A stretch of DNA of 64,000 nt from assembly GCA_973895155.1 (NCBI GenBank), contig OZ316898.1:18549292-18613291 (forward strand), in the 5' to 3' direction. The position numbers and the translations under genes are program-made. Origin of the DNA: Marsupella aquatica. Taxonomy: Eukaryota; Plantae; Marchantiophyta. Under the pieces are notes generated by a model that made no database searches, was not told the DNA's origin, and worked only from the letters and a program-made list of their open reading frames with translations. The stretch's first letter is position 1, and every line of letters starts with the position of its first letter. Positions 50,401 to 63,560 of this stretch are shown in pieces.

Positions 50401-52944
50401 TCTCCTCACATTCCTCTAGCAATCCATGTATTTGCATAGTATCCTCAATCCTCGCAATTTTCTTTTTGAATTTTCTAGTAGTTTCACACACTTTCACATA
50501 AGAAATTCGACAATGCAAGCTTTCACCTTCAAATGAGCTTGCCAACAAGCTATTCACATTCCAAGCCATCAGCGGGTCATCAGAGACGGCGCCCCGCCAT
50601 CCCGCATTGTTTAACGAGACACCTTTCAGAAATCCTCATTTCCTTCCTTGGATTCAGGTCCTCTCAACTCCTTTCGGTTCCTCCAATGTCCAGGTTTCAC
50701 CACAGAAAACTGGATAATCCGCAAATCATCTCAACTTCTCACCTTTGCCATATGAGTACCATTTGGCAAAACCTTGTATTCCAATCGAGCTTGAGTAATA
50801 TAGGGCTACCCTAAGATCAAGTCATAGGGTAAGCTATCATGCACAAAGATGTTAGTTGGCTCAATCACATTGCCAACCTTCACTGAAACTCCCGGACATC
50901 CTCCCCAAAGTGTATTCTTTGAACGATTAATTGAGTTCACAGACCACTGGGTATCACAATCAACCATCCATTGCCCAAGATCATAGACGCTTCTTGACAT
51001 TAGATTTACCTCTGATCCAGTGTCAATCAATGCTCGGGCTTTACCCTCCATCCCCACAAGCTCCACTTCCACCACTGAGCAAGTTCTTGCCCAAAATGGT
51101 TCCAAGATGGACTCCTTGCCATCTCCCAATTCAAGATTCTTCATGGTAGAGGCACACATGACCCACACACTTTGTGAAGCCTTGAGTACCTCCTCTTGAC
51201 TGATTTTTGCCACTTCTTGTGACTTATCATATTTTTCTCCCATTAATGGTTCCCATCTTCCCAAGTCCAATAGCTTAGCTTCTGACATCTTTGGTTCAGA
51301 AACTTCCTCCTTTGAAGACTCTGGCATCTGTGGTCCAGAAACTTCATCATTTGAAAACCCTAGCATCTGTGGTCTAGGGATCTTCTCCTTTGAAGACCTT
51401 GGCATCTGTGGTCCAGGGATCTCCTCTTTTGAAAACCCTAGCATCTGTGGTCCAGGGATCTTCTCAACATTCACTTGATACACTTGACACTCTGTATTAG
51501 CTCTTGAAAATGAACCTTCTCCATCCTCTCCAACTTCAGAATAAAACTCTGCTCCCAATGCATGAGGTCCTTCTTTATAAAATCTTTTTCGCTTCACCTT
51601 TGCAAGTAAAGCATCTTGAGCTTTGGAGTTCATGCAAGCAAAAAACTCCTCATTGGTGACTCCACTCACTGTGGCTTTCCAAAACTTGTCAGCAACCTGG
51701 TCATACTCTATGTGTTGCTCCACATCCCTTCCAAGTATCCAACCAGGTCCCTTCTTTTCTGCCTTCTCCTTTTTTGCTACTTCCAACTCCTTTGAAGGGG
51801 TTGAAGTAGACTCTTTTGGTGTGCTTACTCTGTCCTCAAATCGAACACTCCTTCTCATTGGCACATCAAATGATGGCCTAGGAGCAGAAGGTCCAGAATC
51901 CACTTTCTGTTTTCCTTTAGCACGTTCTTCTAAATGCTCCACAGACTTTCTCTTCTCCTCCACCATAGAATCCCATAGAGACCCTACTTCTGCAGTAAAA
52001 GCAGAGATAAGAACAGGATCATTCCAACCTGATTTCCTTCTTACAAACTCTGCCAGTCTTTTCTTCTCTGTCTCTGAGGATCCTACTGACGAAGGATCCC
52101 CAAACACAGTGTAGACATCTGCTTCATGCTCATCCTTGTCCCCATAAGCTGCAGAAATGGCTGAGTTATGATGTTCAGCCATTCTCTTCTCCACTAGTAC
52201 CTTCATGCCACCTTCGTTGGCATTGACTGGAATAAGTTCACCCGAATCATGGTAGGCAAGCTTTCTTATGCCTTCATGCTCAACAAACTTAACCATTCTC
52301 TCTTTTAGAGCAGCAGACAGCTCAACACACTCTCTTCTAGAGTGCTCTTTGCTATCACACCAGATGCAATTCCAGCTTCTTGGTCCTCCAGTATAACTTC
52401 CTGCTCCTCCACTACCTCTTGATGGTGGTCTCGATGTGTTGCTTCCAATTTATCCCAAAGCTTGGGTGGTAAGAATGGTAAGATTCTTCATGAGTTCAGA
52501 CAACTCATCCATCTTGTCCACACTCTTCTCACCCCTACCGATTGTTGATTCTATCTTCTCCACTCTCCTCATAGAAGTCACAGGTGCTACTGTGTCCAGA
52601 ACACCTTCATGACTGAGTTTCTTCCTTCTGTGCGTTTGACTGACTCTTAGCACAGCAGTCTCAACCTCCTCCCAAGTTGGCTGATTAGCCCCACAACTTG
52701 GATTCATTAGTTCAAAAGCAAGCTCTAACTCATCCTGAAGCTTCTCATCAGCAGCTCGGATGAGTAGAGTAGCCTTCTGGACCTTGATAACTTCTGAGCC
52801 TATCTCAGGAAGTTGATTGAACTTCTTGACAAACTCCCTTATCAACTCTTGAGGTCCCAACTTCTTACTTCTGTCAGTCACCCAATCAAGGAAAGATGCT
52901 TGGGTGACCCTATCTGGATCTTCCAGCTTAAATTCTTCTTTCAT
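47495..52944 (-). pseudogene. Gypsy gag-pol, split by stops and frameshifts into four ORFs
   Basis: ORFs 52450-52944, 50806-52296, 49547-50569, 47495-49540 carry consecutive gag-pol domains. Confidence 0.92.
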
Positions 52945-52959
52945 TCTCAGCTCAAAAAT

Positions 52960-55900
52960 ATTCCATGCCTTTTAGTAATGCCTAAAACAATGAGGGAAAA
53001 ATCTGAAATGCCTAAAACAATGATTTCCAGTCCTCTCTCTGAAAGCTTAATCAAGACGTCTCAAAACACACAAACAAACAAAAAAACGCCGATCGCCAAT
53101 CACGTAGTGCACAACAAAATGGGATACCGCGTATCTCACTTTGCATTCATTCAAAGAAAATCAATCAAAAACATGCTAAGTCAACCGTTTGGCAGACACA
53201 TTTACCAGAAAGGGTAAACCAAATTTAAATATCTACTAAGCGTAAAAGCACCTTCCACAAAATATTTCCTCCAAACCACAGTTGATCCTCATAGTCAGTT
53301 AAGTTAACCCAAGCGCATATTGGGTCCGGAACACAATTTGAATACAAAGTTAGATCCAAGTATCCAAGCTGGTATTCAACCTCAAAATACTCAATCGCCA
53401 CACCGCACGCCTAGAAATTGAGGTTTGAATACCAATAGGAATCCACGGATCCCATTTTTCTAAACAGGACCAAAAACAACCCTCTCAAAACCACATGTCA
53501 ATACCAAATGGGATCCATGGATCAACTTTAAAAATGATGTGTTAACTACTACAAACAACTTGATATTGGGCTTTGAATACCATATGAGATCCACGGATCC
53601 CATGTGGTCGTCACCCCCCAAATTAGCACTTCCTATATCCATTCCCATAATATTTTGGGTCAAATACCAACATGGGTCATGTTTTTTAAATACGTACGGA
53701 CAACTCAAAGGACTCCATGTGGACACATTTCCAAAACTATACAAGCACGAGCTCACACATAAAAGTTTTTCTTCACTTTTGTGAACTCATTCAAGGGACT
53801 CGATGAGTGAGGTATAACAGAAATTGAGGATGAATACCAAATGGGATCCACCTGTCAAAATTTGCCCTTGCCACACCTTACATCTTGATATTGAGGTTTG
53901 AATACCAACACGGATCTATTGATCCCATTTGGTATTCACCCGCCAAAATTTGCCCTTGCCACACCTCACACCTCAATATTGAGGTTTGAATACCAACACG
54001 GATCCATGAGTCTCATTTGCCAATCCAACTCCAAAATAATTTTAATATTTTTCCTTGCTCATCACAACTCCAATCACATCCATTTTTTACTCTTTCAAAA
54101 TATGTTGGACCAATCAATGGACCTACCCAAAAATGGAGGCAAATTTATGCCAAGTGGGTTTGTGGATCCCACCTCAAATTCAAAGTCCCAGATTAGCCCT
54201 CGGCCATAAGCCACTCATCCATTTTCACATTTGAATACAAATTTGGATCCCATTTGGTCTTTGTAAAGTTCTTGATTTGTAAAATAACATGCTCTTATAC
54301 CAAATATGGGATCCATGGATCCCACTTAGTATTCAAACAAGTTTTTATGACTATTTCCTTTCTAGATTTATGAAATAACATGTTTGAATTCAAAATGGAA
54401 TACCAAGTATCCTACTTGGTATTCCTCTTAAAGTTTTCACTCATTTGTTTATTTTTTGAGAAATGCAATAGGATTTTTTGCAAGATTTTTTCTTTTTCTA
54501 CTTTTGTAGCGCTGAGTGAAGCGGCTAAAGCATCTCAAGCTCTTTTTTCTAACGATATCAATTATAAGGAATATGGATAAATACCCACAAAGATATGACT
54601 TCCAAAGCGTGAGAGGACCGAGTACAAACCTAATTTTCTCTAATTTTGTAATTTCACCCCACAACTTCATTTTGTCATATCTTAGTCAATCTTTCATCAT
54701 TTTGTACTCTTTATAAACCAATTTAATGTGCTATGATGAAATCTTTTCATTTCACTATTTGAATTTGATTGAGTTACACATAGAAACATATCAATTCTTG
54801 TCACAACTAGTGATGAAGATGTTACGTATAAATTTGGATCATTTCAAGACTCTCAGTAAGCTAGATAGGGTCTTTGGATTGATTTTGAAAAAATGATTAA
54901 AAGCTTAGGGGCTCAAAGTTAAAAATGACCCGATATCTCACTAGTTTGGGATTTAATTTCTCAATTTATGACTTATGCGTTCCAAAAGCCTTGTATCCTT
55001 GGATTAAATCCGAAGTGGGATATGTGGTATCCCATTTTGTATTCAACTCGTGCACTTATGGCTTGTGCAATTTCATTTTTCATTTGGTCCGTCAGTGTGT
55101 TTATTGTGAGATTGTCGATGGGATATGTGGTATCCCACTTCACATTCAACCTATGCCTTTCAAACCTAATGTGAGAGATATTCTTTTTTAATCGTAAAAT
55201 GCGTGTGATTCACCGGTTGAATCTGAAGTGGGATACGCAGTATCTCATTTTGCATTCAACCTTGAATATCCTGCATTTCGCACCTAAATGCTTCATATTC
55301 AACCTCATTTTCTCATGTTTATGACACCCAAACTGGATTTTTGAAGATTGAATCCCAAATTGGATACGGCGTATCCCATTTGGGATTCGTCCTCATCATT
55401 TCCAAAAAGATATATCATTCTCACCTGTTCTTCTAGTCTGATTTGAGGGGATACGAATTTGCATAGAGAGTGTGGATTGTTAGGGAGCAAAAGGATACGG
55501 GAGCGAGAAGAAATGAGCGGAAATATTTGACTCGGGGCTCTCCTATTTATAGTTTCCCCACAACCATGGTCAGCTTCTGACCGCAATTTCATCGCAGTCG
55601 GTTGAAAGTTACCGTTAAAAAGAATTTTCTAAGAATATTCTTGACGGGTAAACTGACCTTGCCCCTTTTACTGCGTTTGCTTCTTCTTCTTTTTTTGGAA
55701 AACCGCGGTGGGATCTAAAATGGGATATGCCGTATCCTTGCTTTGCATTCAAGTCATTTTTTATCATTTTTTAAAATCTCAAATCTGGGTTTTTAGAGGG
55801 AATACCAACTCCGTATCCAATAAAATCTCAAATCTGGGTTTTTAGAGGGAATACCAACTCCGTATCCAATAAAATCTCAAATCTGGGTTTTTAGAGGGAA

Positions 55901-56048
55901 TACCAACTCCATATCCAATAAAATCTCAAATCTGGGTTTTTAGAGGGAATACCAACTCAGTATCCAATACGTTTTTGCCTTAGAAATTTTTCCCGCCGCG
56001 AGAAAAATGAGAAGTGTGGTCACACTTCTTGTTTGGTCCGTCACTATG
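52960..56048 (-). mobile_element. Terminal fragment of an element-A-family transposon, inverted relative to 15959
   Basis: Ends ..GTGTGGTCACACTTCTTGTTTGGTCCGTCACTATG (reverse complement CATAGTGACGGACCAAAC..); GGGATAC-N3-GTATCCC palindromes at about 53115 and 55003-55751; GGGATCC-N3-GGATCCC variants at 53337-54424. Confidence 0.8.
55772..55967. repeat. 49-bp tandem repeat x4 inside the transposon terminus
   Basis: TAAAATCTCAAATCTGGGTTTTTAGAGGGAATACCAACTCCGTATCCAA at 55772, 55821, 55870, 55919; a single equivalent occurs at the 15959 end. Confidence 0.95.
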
Positions 56049-56089
56049 TTCCTAGTCATGGTACGTGGTCATGTGGGTCATTGGGAGAT

Positions 56090-57330
56090 TGCCTCATGTA
56101 TACATTGTTTTTTGAGAGGAGATTGGGAGAAGCTTCAAGAAGAGTACTAGCTTTATCTGAGCCCGCTCCTTTGTCTGACCCGACCAGCTCGCCACTCCAC
56201 TCCTCTTGAGCATATGCGCCTTTGCCAAGTTTGTCATTTAGCTAGCCCAGGCTGGAGAATATTGTTGCATTGTGCAGGCCCTAGCCTTTCTCCCACCACG
56301 CTAGCTCCCCTTGGTGAGGCCACCTTGAGTGCCCTTCATGATCTCCATCCACATCCCTGTGGCCATCTTCCCTTATTTGTGGAGGATTTTGAGCCGGAGG
56401 AGGTTCTTTAGTTTAGTAGGAAACATTTCACCTCTGCCTTACTCCACGCTCCATGTTGTGTACATTGCTAAGGAACCTCTGGCTATGTTTTTGAGCATTT
56501 CCATTCAGACTTATTCCCTCCTTGAAGACCCTCAATCAGGGTTTTCAGTTTTCTTTTCATTTTGCCGGTGTAGTGCAGTAGGGCGCTTGCCTCCCCCAAT
56601 TTATCGCATTTTGAGCGCATTGCAATTACTAGTCATTTATGGCTAAGTCATCCTCAGGAGTTTGGCCCATTGCCATTCATTTGGAGAGGTTTTTCTTCAT
56701 CTTGTGTCTCACACTCACATCACAGTTTTATTCTCCACTATCAGATCATCTGAGCTCTCCACATCAGTGTTGTTGTGGGTATCCCGGGTATCCGAGCTAC
56801 CTTGGATCTCAACCCTGATTCATTTGGTTTGTCCTATAGGACATTGGATGTCTCCAATGTTTTCAGCACGGTCTCACGGGCGACCATTTTTTGTGCTTTG
56901 AGAGCAGCGAATCCAAACATCCAGTCCCTTATCCTGGTTGTCCATTGTTTTTATGGTTTAGAACCCTCCCCCCCCCCCCCCCCCCCCCCTTCTTTATAGT
57001 CACGCTGACGTAAGAAACCCAAGGGAAGCACCAAATCCACACAGATGCTCTACAAGCTTTCCCAGCTCCTTTGCTCCCCACTTTCTCTTTTTCTTCCTCA
57101 TTTTTTACGTTTAAGTTGCTTTTCTTTTTTCTGGTTAGGTGTTTTGTCCAAAACTTTGGGAAAATAATACAATTTTTGGCAAAGATTTGGAAAAGTAACC
57201 TTTTGTGGAAAAGCACATAAAAGTGAACAAAAAATCTGAAATAGTCACCTTCACTATAATCACTTTCGATCCACAAAAGGTAAAACAAATCATATGGAAA
57301 CAAAAACTCTCAAAATAGTCACCTATACTT
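56090..57330 (+). pseudogene. CRE-like RT fragment plus flank, paralog of 2385-4760
   Basis: LSPTTLAPLGEATLSALHDLHPHP, GIRATLDLNPD..DVSNVFSTVSR; shared downstream AT-rich block ending in ATAGTCACCT. Confidence 0.7.
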
Positions 57331-58578
57331 TAATTTTTATTTATATATATATAACGCCATCCGGGAGACATGGTCTCATGTATGTTTAAATTGTTTTGGG
57401 AACCCCCACCCCCTCTCTTGCTTTTTCCTATTTTTTAGTCCCTTGCCACTCCCTTTCTCCTCCTTTTCTTCCCTTGCCAGGGACAGTCAAAGAGAAGAAA
57501 AACAATTAAACAAAAACAAGGGAGTGAAAAGCAAAAGTACCCACTTTTTCATTATAAATTCTCATATTCTATGAAAAAATCCAAAAAGTGTATCATGCCC
57601 CAACCGATTCTCCTCCCAACTTACCCACTTTCACAAAAAGACACATTTAAGGTACTCTCATTGTACTTTGTTTTTTCCTTATTTGTAAATTTTGGTGGAA
57701 GCTTCATTTTAGGTGTGTCACATAAGAATCATCACATATACCATTCAATTTGTACTTTGTTTTTTCCTTACTAGCCCCAACTTATCCTTTCTTTGAACGT
57801 GAATAGCCTAGAGTACAATAAAGTGTCATCTTACTACAATAATACCTTATTCCACCAAAAGTGGTGGTCTTTTACAAAATCACTTATGGAGGGAACATTC
57901 CATGACCAGTGGAGTTACAATCTCTTTTATCCCAGCCTTTCATTAGGCAAAAAATAATTTCCCTTTTGGTGGTCTTTTACAAAATCACTTATGGAGGGAA
58001 CGTTCCATATATTACCAGTGGAGTTACAATCTCTTTTATCCTAGCCTTTCATTAGTCAACAAATAATCTCCCTAACCCAAAGCAAACAAGACAAAACATT
58101 TTGGTATGCACAATGGGGATGAGGACGTATGCTCTACGTGAGACAGTGCCATGTGTTGTCATTGGAATGGGGGCACTTGGGACACCATTATGAGGGGATA
58201 GAGACTAGGTGACATAGAGTTCAAAGTAGGGAGGAGAATTAATGATGCACCCATGGGTGAAGGGATGAATAGTATCATACTCTCCCATAAGTACAAGATA
58301 GGGGATGAGACACGTTGGAGCAAAGAAAGGCAGAAATAAAGAAAAGAAATAAATAATAAAGCAATATAAGGGGAAAAAGAGGAGAAAAGGGGCACCCTTG
58401 GTTTTTTTTAAGGGGGGGGGGGGGAGGGGCAAGAAGGGAGAGGTCGCTCAAGCTACAGGGGAAGATGAGGCCATGAGGAGGAGGAGGGAGGTAGAGGCTT
58501 CACTCCATAAGCCTAGGCCCCAATTCTAGCTTCTAGGGTCGCACTTTGTAACTAAGTAAGATTTATAAATTTTGGTGG

Positions 58579-59040
58579 CCCAGTATGCAACTCCCATTTT
58601 TATAAGGCAAGTGTATAATTCCTTATAATGATTTTATATTCAATTAACCATATGAAGTTTCATTTTGGTCTACACAAATCTTGTACCTCTTAACTCAAGG
58701 AATTAAAAGATGTACCTTTAAAAAAAATTGAACTTGTTTTGATATCATGGAAAAATTTAATCAAACCAAAATATATGCCTTTTTTAATTCTGGGATCTAC
58801 AGCCAAACTAGCCAGCTTTTGGGATTTTTTTTTAAATTCTAAAAATGTTTTTAATAAAAATTACAACAAGTTTAAGAATATTTTTAACTTTATGTGGAAA
58901 AATAAGAAAACCAAACCTGTATACAACTTTTTAAAAGTGAAAAACCCAAGTTTTGAAATTTTAATTTTTCTTAAAGCTAACTTTTTAGTCCATATAAAAA
59001 TGTAGACACCTGTTTGTTATACAAGAGTTGCGTACCCTGC
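58579..59040. mobile_element. hAT-like MITE, second copy (inverted relative to 10260-10723)
   Basis: 8-bp TSD TTTGGTGG (58571-58578 and 59041-59048); TIRs CCCAGTATGCAACTC / GAGTTGCGTACCCTGC; empty-site paralog near 57686-57745. Confidence 0.9.
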
Positions 59041-59777
59041 TTTGGTGGAAGCTTCATTTTAGGTGATGTCACATAAAATCATCACATATACCATGTATGA
59101 TCAAAAGTTATGATACAAGGTTGCCCTCCAAAAAATGCAATGGTGATCATTCAATTTTGAGGTACTCTTTTGAGTGGAAAATATGAAAACCTGATAAAGT
59201 GGAAGAAATAATACAAAAGTAAATTTTGTCTGGTGTGGTTTACCCAAAAAGAAGAAAAAAGCAGGAACCAATGGTGACCCTTCATCAAAATATTAGTTTT
59301 TATGTCATCCAAATTTATAAATAATTGTGTACCCAAGCTGCAGTCACGTGATTCGAATGCAGAGATTAAAAAACCTGAGAGAGCAAATGGTCTAAACAAG
59401 GACTAAAACGTCATGCTCAGACCAAGATCACTCAACCAGGTTTTAGATTGACCGTTTGGACTCATTTCACTCACCTATAGAATAAATAGAGCTTAGAGCC
59501 AAAATACATTCTCAATGTCTAGAGTCTCTCAAACTTGTTGGTTGCTTTTGCTTTCTCCATTCACAATATGGGGGCATATGAACTCTGAGTAGAGGGGATA
59601 GTTTCTTCTGTCTGTGATACATCTGAATATATATACATCTGAAGGAATACAGAGGGTAGATTTTCCAAGACCGCAGAAGAGAGTGAGATGTGTAACATCT
59701 CCAAAGTAGCACTGGCATACTAACTCCTTCGACCCGACAAACGAAGAATGACATCCATCGCACTCATGTTTCAGAAG

Positions 59778-62086
59778 ATGACGACAATCAATGTAAATTC
59801 GAAGAATCGCCTAATGTGTAGCAGAGAGCCAATGAAGCATGATCAAACGGTGAGGGTCCCAGGATCACGTTTGGCAACGCCCGATGGATCATGCCCTCTG
59901 AAGAGCGGTACCTTACAAGGTGTAGAATCAGAGAGATCATCCGAGAAAACTGATTTTTGGAATCGCAAAGTTGGCGCTCGGTTTGCAGTATGGAATCAGG
60001 AGGTTGCGTTTAATGAGCGTCACAACACCTCGACGCAGCTAGAACCTCTTCGCCGAGTTGGGGATCCCCTTGCTGACGGGTGCGTGGCAGCCCTTGGCAG
60101 CAAACCTGGAGAAGACGCCTTCTTGATCCTTGAGCAGTACCTGTCCAGACCAATTTGTGAACAGGAAGCAGACGCGCCCAGGCAATTCCAAGACAGCGTG
60201 CTGAAAGTTCCAGATTGGGTTGATTGGAACATCATCAAGCAGGGCCAACAGCTGTACTGGTATGTCCGGGTTCTTCCTTTTTTGGTTCTGGCCTGTTACT
60301 CCCAGTTTTACTTTTCACATGAGGAAAGTGGTCTGTTCAAGATTTGTTTTTTAATAAATGACATCCCTGGGCAAACTCGATCATGGATCAATAATATGTG
60401 CAAGGAATGTGTCCATCGTGTGCTCTTATGTCTGTGAGGGCCTCGTCACTTATAGACATCTCGTCTTCGTGTGGATCGACTGTCTTAGCTTTTCTGCCAG
60501 ACCGTCAGCCCAGAGAAAATTTACTTGAGTAAAATGATTGAGTTAAAGAAAAGAATGATGTCCAAATATAGCTCAGGCGTTCCCAGATTTTAAGGTTTCT
60601 CTTCGCTTCCTCCTTGTCTTCACCTTTCAACGTGAGTCCGTGGCGGTTTGGTGGTACTCCACGATGTAGAGGAGCTACCGTTTTCCAACTCTATGGCCTG
60701 AGTAGTTATCGGGCCGTAATAGATGAGTGGAGGCCCCTGTGACACTCCGCGTAGTCTGCGCAGACGTCTCAAAGCCGGGCTCTCTCTCTATCTCCAAGAG
60801 AAGAAAATGAAACAGGCTTCAGTCGGTCACACGGAACTAAACTTCTGAAAGCTCAAAATGAAATGAGCTTCGTAGCACAGGTACGCACCTAGAACAAAAC
60901 CTATAGCTGTCATGACCAAACCTATAACTAGAAATGGGGGCGATTTCAAGGGTAAACAGCTCAAAGGTCAAACTGATTAGGACTCGGTTGTAACAAATAT
61001 CTTGAATGATATAACAATAAGCGGACACGCAGTGAACTTTCCAGAGATATATACAGATCGAGAGTTCAATCATCAAGTCTACAATAGGAGTTCCTGGACC
61101 TAGGAGGGTGAGTAAAAGCACTTTGTAATATCAGGCAGTGATTCGGAATGCTTTCTTGATGGCCGCATCTTGACAGGGGTTACATGCTTGTTTCTTTCAG
61201 GAAGTATGCGAACCCCATTCTATTCGTTCTTTTCCATGCCTCTCTGGTTGGTGGATTTGGTGCTCCGCGAATAGCTCGAACGCTCCAATGCACCAACTAT
61301 CTATCAAGCTCTCCTGATCGCTCTTACCAGCGCCTCATGGAGACATGTCTCATGGTCTACGACTGCATGAATGGTGGAATTCAGACTCTTCAGCCACGGA
61401 CTGGAAAGGGGTGGAAGTCGATCGTGCGTGTGCGCCTGCTGCACACTCAAGTTCGTCTCCGTATTCTCAGGGTTGCAGAATCTAATCCTGATTACTATTC
61501 TGTTGACGACGATGGAGTCCCTATCAACCAGGAAGATTTAGTAGCCACTCTCTGTGGCTTTTCGATTGCTGTCATCCTTGCCTTGGAGCAGATCGACATG
61601 AATCTGTCCCTCAAAGAGGTGTTTGCATACCTCCACCTATGGCGTCTAATTGGACATTACATGGGAATCCTTCCGGAAAACAATCCACTCACCTCTTGCG
61701 AAGATGCTCGAGCTTCGTTGGAGTCTGTCCTCCGTCACCTACTTACTCATCCTAATAACACATCTGCAAACTTGGCAAATTCCGTTCTTCGAGCTGTGGC
61801 CGAGAAGCCACCTCTGAGGCAATCCTTTTCATTTCATTCCGCGAGTGTCCGTGCCCTCTTGGGTGAGGATCTCAGTAATGCTCTCCAGATTGAATCTTCC
61901 AGCTTGTACAATAGGATCATGATTAAGCTCTTGTTCGCCTACTTCAGGTTGCCTTCCACACCGTGGTGGACGCGAGTTATCCAGGCATCCCATGCTTGGT
62001 TTTTTGAGAACACAGCTACCAAGATTGAGTTGAATTTCAACATGAAAGTGGTACCCAACATGATGTCTAAGGAGGACGTGTGTTAA
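59778..62086 (+). CDS. MpaB/Lcp (DUF2236) heme oxygenase, copy 3; exons 59778-60259 and 61201-62086, 455 aa
   Basis: Same 482-nt exon 1 and phase-2 GT-AG intron as copy 2; all motifs intact. Confidence 0.9.
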
Positions 62087-62181
62087 CTTCTATAATAAAG
62101 GGTGGCCCCACTTTTTGAAGTCGTCTTCATTCAAATTTGGTAAGGCATCTTGAGTGAAACAAAATGGAACGGGAAAAAGAG

Positions 62182-62429
62182 AAAGGAATAATCTGAAGAA
62201 TATAATTATATTTGGTGTGAACACGCTTATCCAAGCAAAAAACAGTCAAAGTCTTTCCCATTGTCTTCCATGCTAGATCCTCCCTCTACCATCCATGCTA
62301 TGCAAGACCGAGAAAGGAATAGTCTGAAGAATATAATTATATTTGGTGTGAACACGCTTATCCAAGCAAAAAACAGTCAAGGTCTTTCCCATTGTCTTCC
62401 ATGCTAGATCCTCCCTCTACTATCCATGC
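62182..62429. repeat. Tandem duplication, 131-bp period
   Basis: AAAGGAATA.TCTGAAGAATATAATTATATTTGGTGTGAACACGC... at 62182 and 62313. Confidence 0.9.
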
Positions 62430-62929
62430 CATACTATGCTCTATGGCATATCATCCATGCATAGGAAGTGAGAGTAGTTTAATGACAAATATTACAAAAT
62501 CAGCAAAATATTGTCCAATCTAATCAACGAGACAAAGAGAAGACAAGAAAAATAGTGAAAAAGAAGGAGGGGTGTGGGGTTGGTAGGAGGGTATTAAGAT
62601 TTAAAAACAAAAAATAATAATTGTCATTTTGTTGTACTTTGGTGGTGGTTGTCCCCTCTCTTTTGTGTCATGACATCTTTCACTTGTTTTTTGGCAATAA
62701 GATGTTTAGAACAAAGATGTCATTTGCACCATGATATTTCTTCAACTACATCTTTAGCACAACGACATTTATTATGCATTGATGTCTTTTGCCAAACGAT
62801 ATCATTTAGTAAACTACATCTTTTGCGCAACGACATATTGTACTTAATGACATGGTTCGAGCAACCACATATTTTACTTAACAACATCTTTTATTCAATA
62901 TCTTTTGAGTAATGCACAGGGATTCTCAA

Positions 62930-63560
62930 CTTGACATATTATCTTTTTCTCACTGTCCTGCAGTTGACATCTTTATTTCACCACATCTTTCCCTCAAAAC
63001 CCTAAATAAACATATTTTCTCTACAAGACATCCTTTTCTCATCTTTACATCTTTTTCTCATCCCAACATCACTTTTTCTCATTGACATCTTTTTCCACCT
63101 ATATATCTGACCTTTTTTCTCACCTTCACAACATCTTCCCCTCACCCTCGACATCTTTTCTCTCCTCGATATCTTTTTCTCACCTTCACATTTTTATCTC
63201 ACCACAACATCTTCCCCTCACCCTCGACATCTTTTCTCTCATCGACATTTTTTTTCTCACCTTGACATCTTTTTCACTTCATGCATCTTTTCTCACCATG
63301 TCATCTTTTGTGCAACTTTTCTCTGTTAATGACATCTTGGACACCATGACATCAGGCAACATGAAGTCTCTTTCCTATTTAAGGACATCTTGGGTCCTAC
63401 AACATTTGTTTTTTTAACAATATCTTGGCTAGACTATACCTCTTTTCTTAATGACACCTTGGGCGAGAGAACATCTTTTTTCTTAATAACATCTTGGGCA
63501 ACACAACATTTTTTTCTTAACTATACCTTGAGCAATACATCATCTTTTTTGTTCCTGACA
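62930..63560. repeat. Degenerate GACATCTTTTTCTC repeat tract within an insertion in the 3' flank of copy 3
   Basis: Many ACATCTTT(T)C units; the conserved 3' flank resumes only at about 63640. Confidence 0.6.

Larger units (their letters stand above)
45810..52950 (-). mobile_element. Ty3/Gypsy LTR retrotransposon, 5'-truncated and decayed
   Basis: gag with CIWCDSKEHSRREC, protease ALIDTGS, RT LPQG..FFDD, RNase H, integrase HHCC/DDE, GPF motif; order PR-RT-RH-IN. Confidence 0.95.

Noticed and set aside
51280-51465. EEIPGPQM-type peptide repeats in the Gypsy polyprotein
   Set aside because: Ordinary low-complexity linker expansion between gag and protease.
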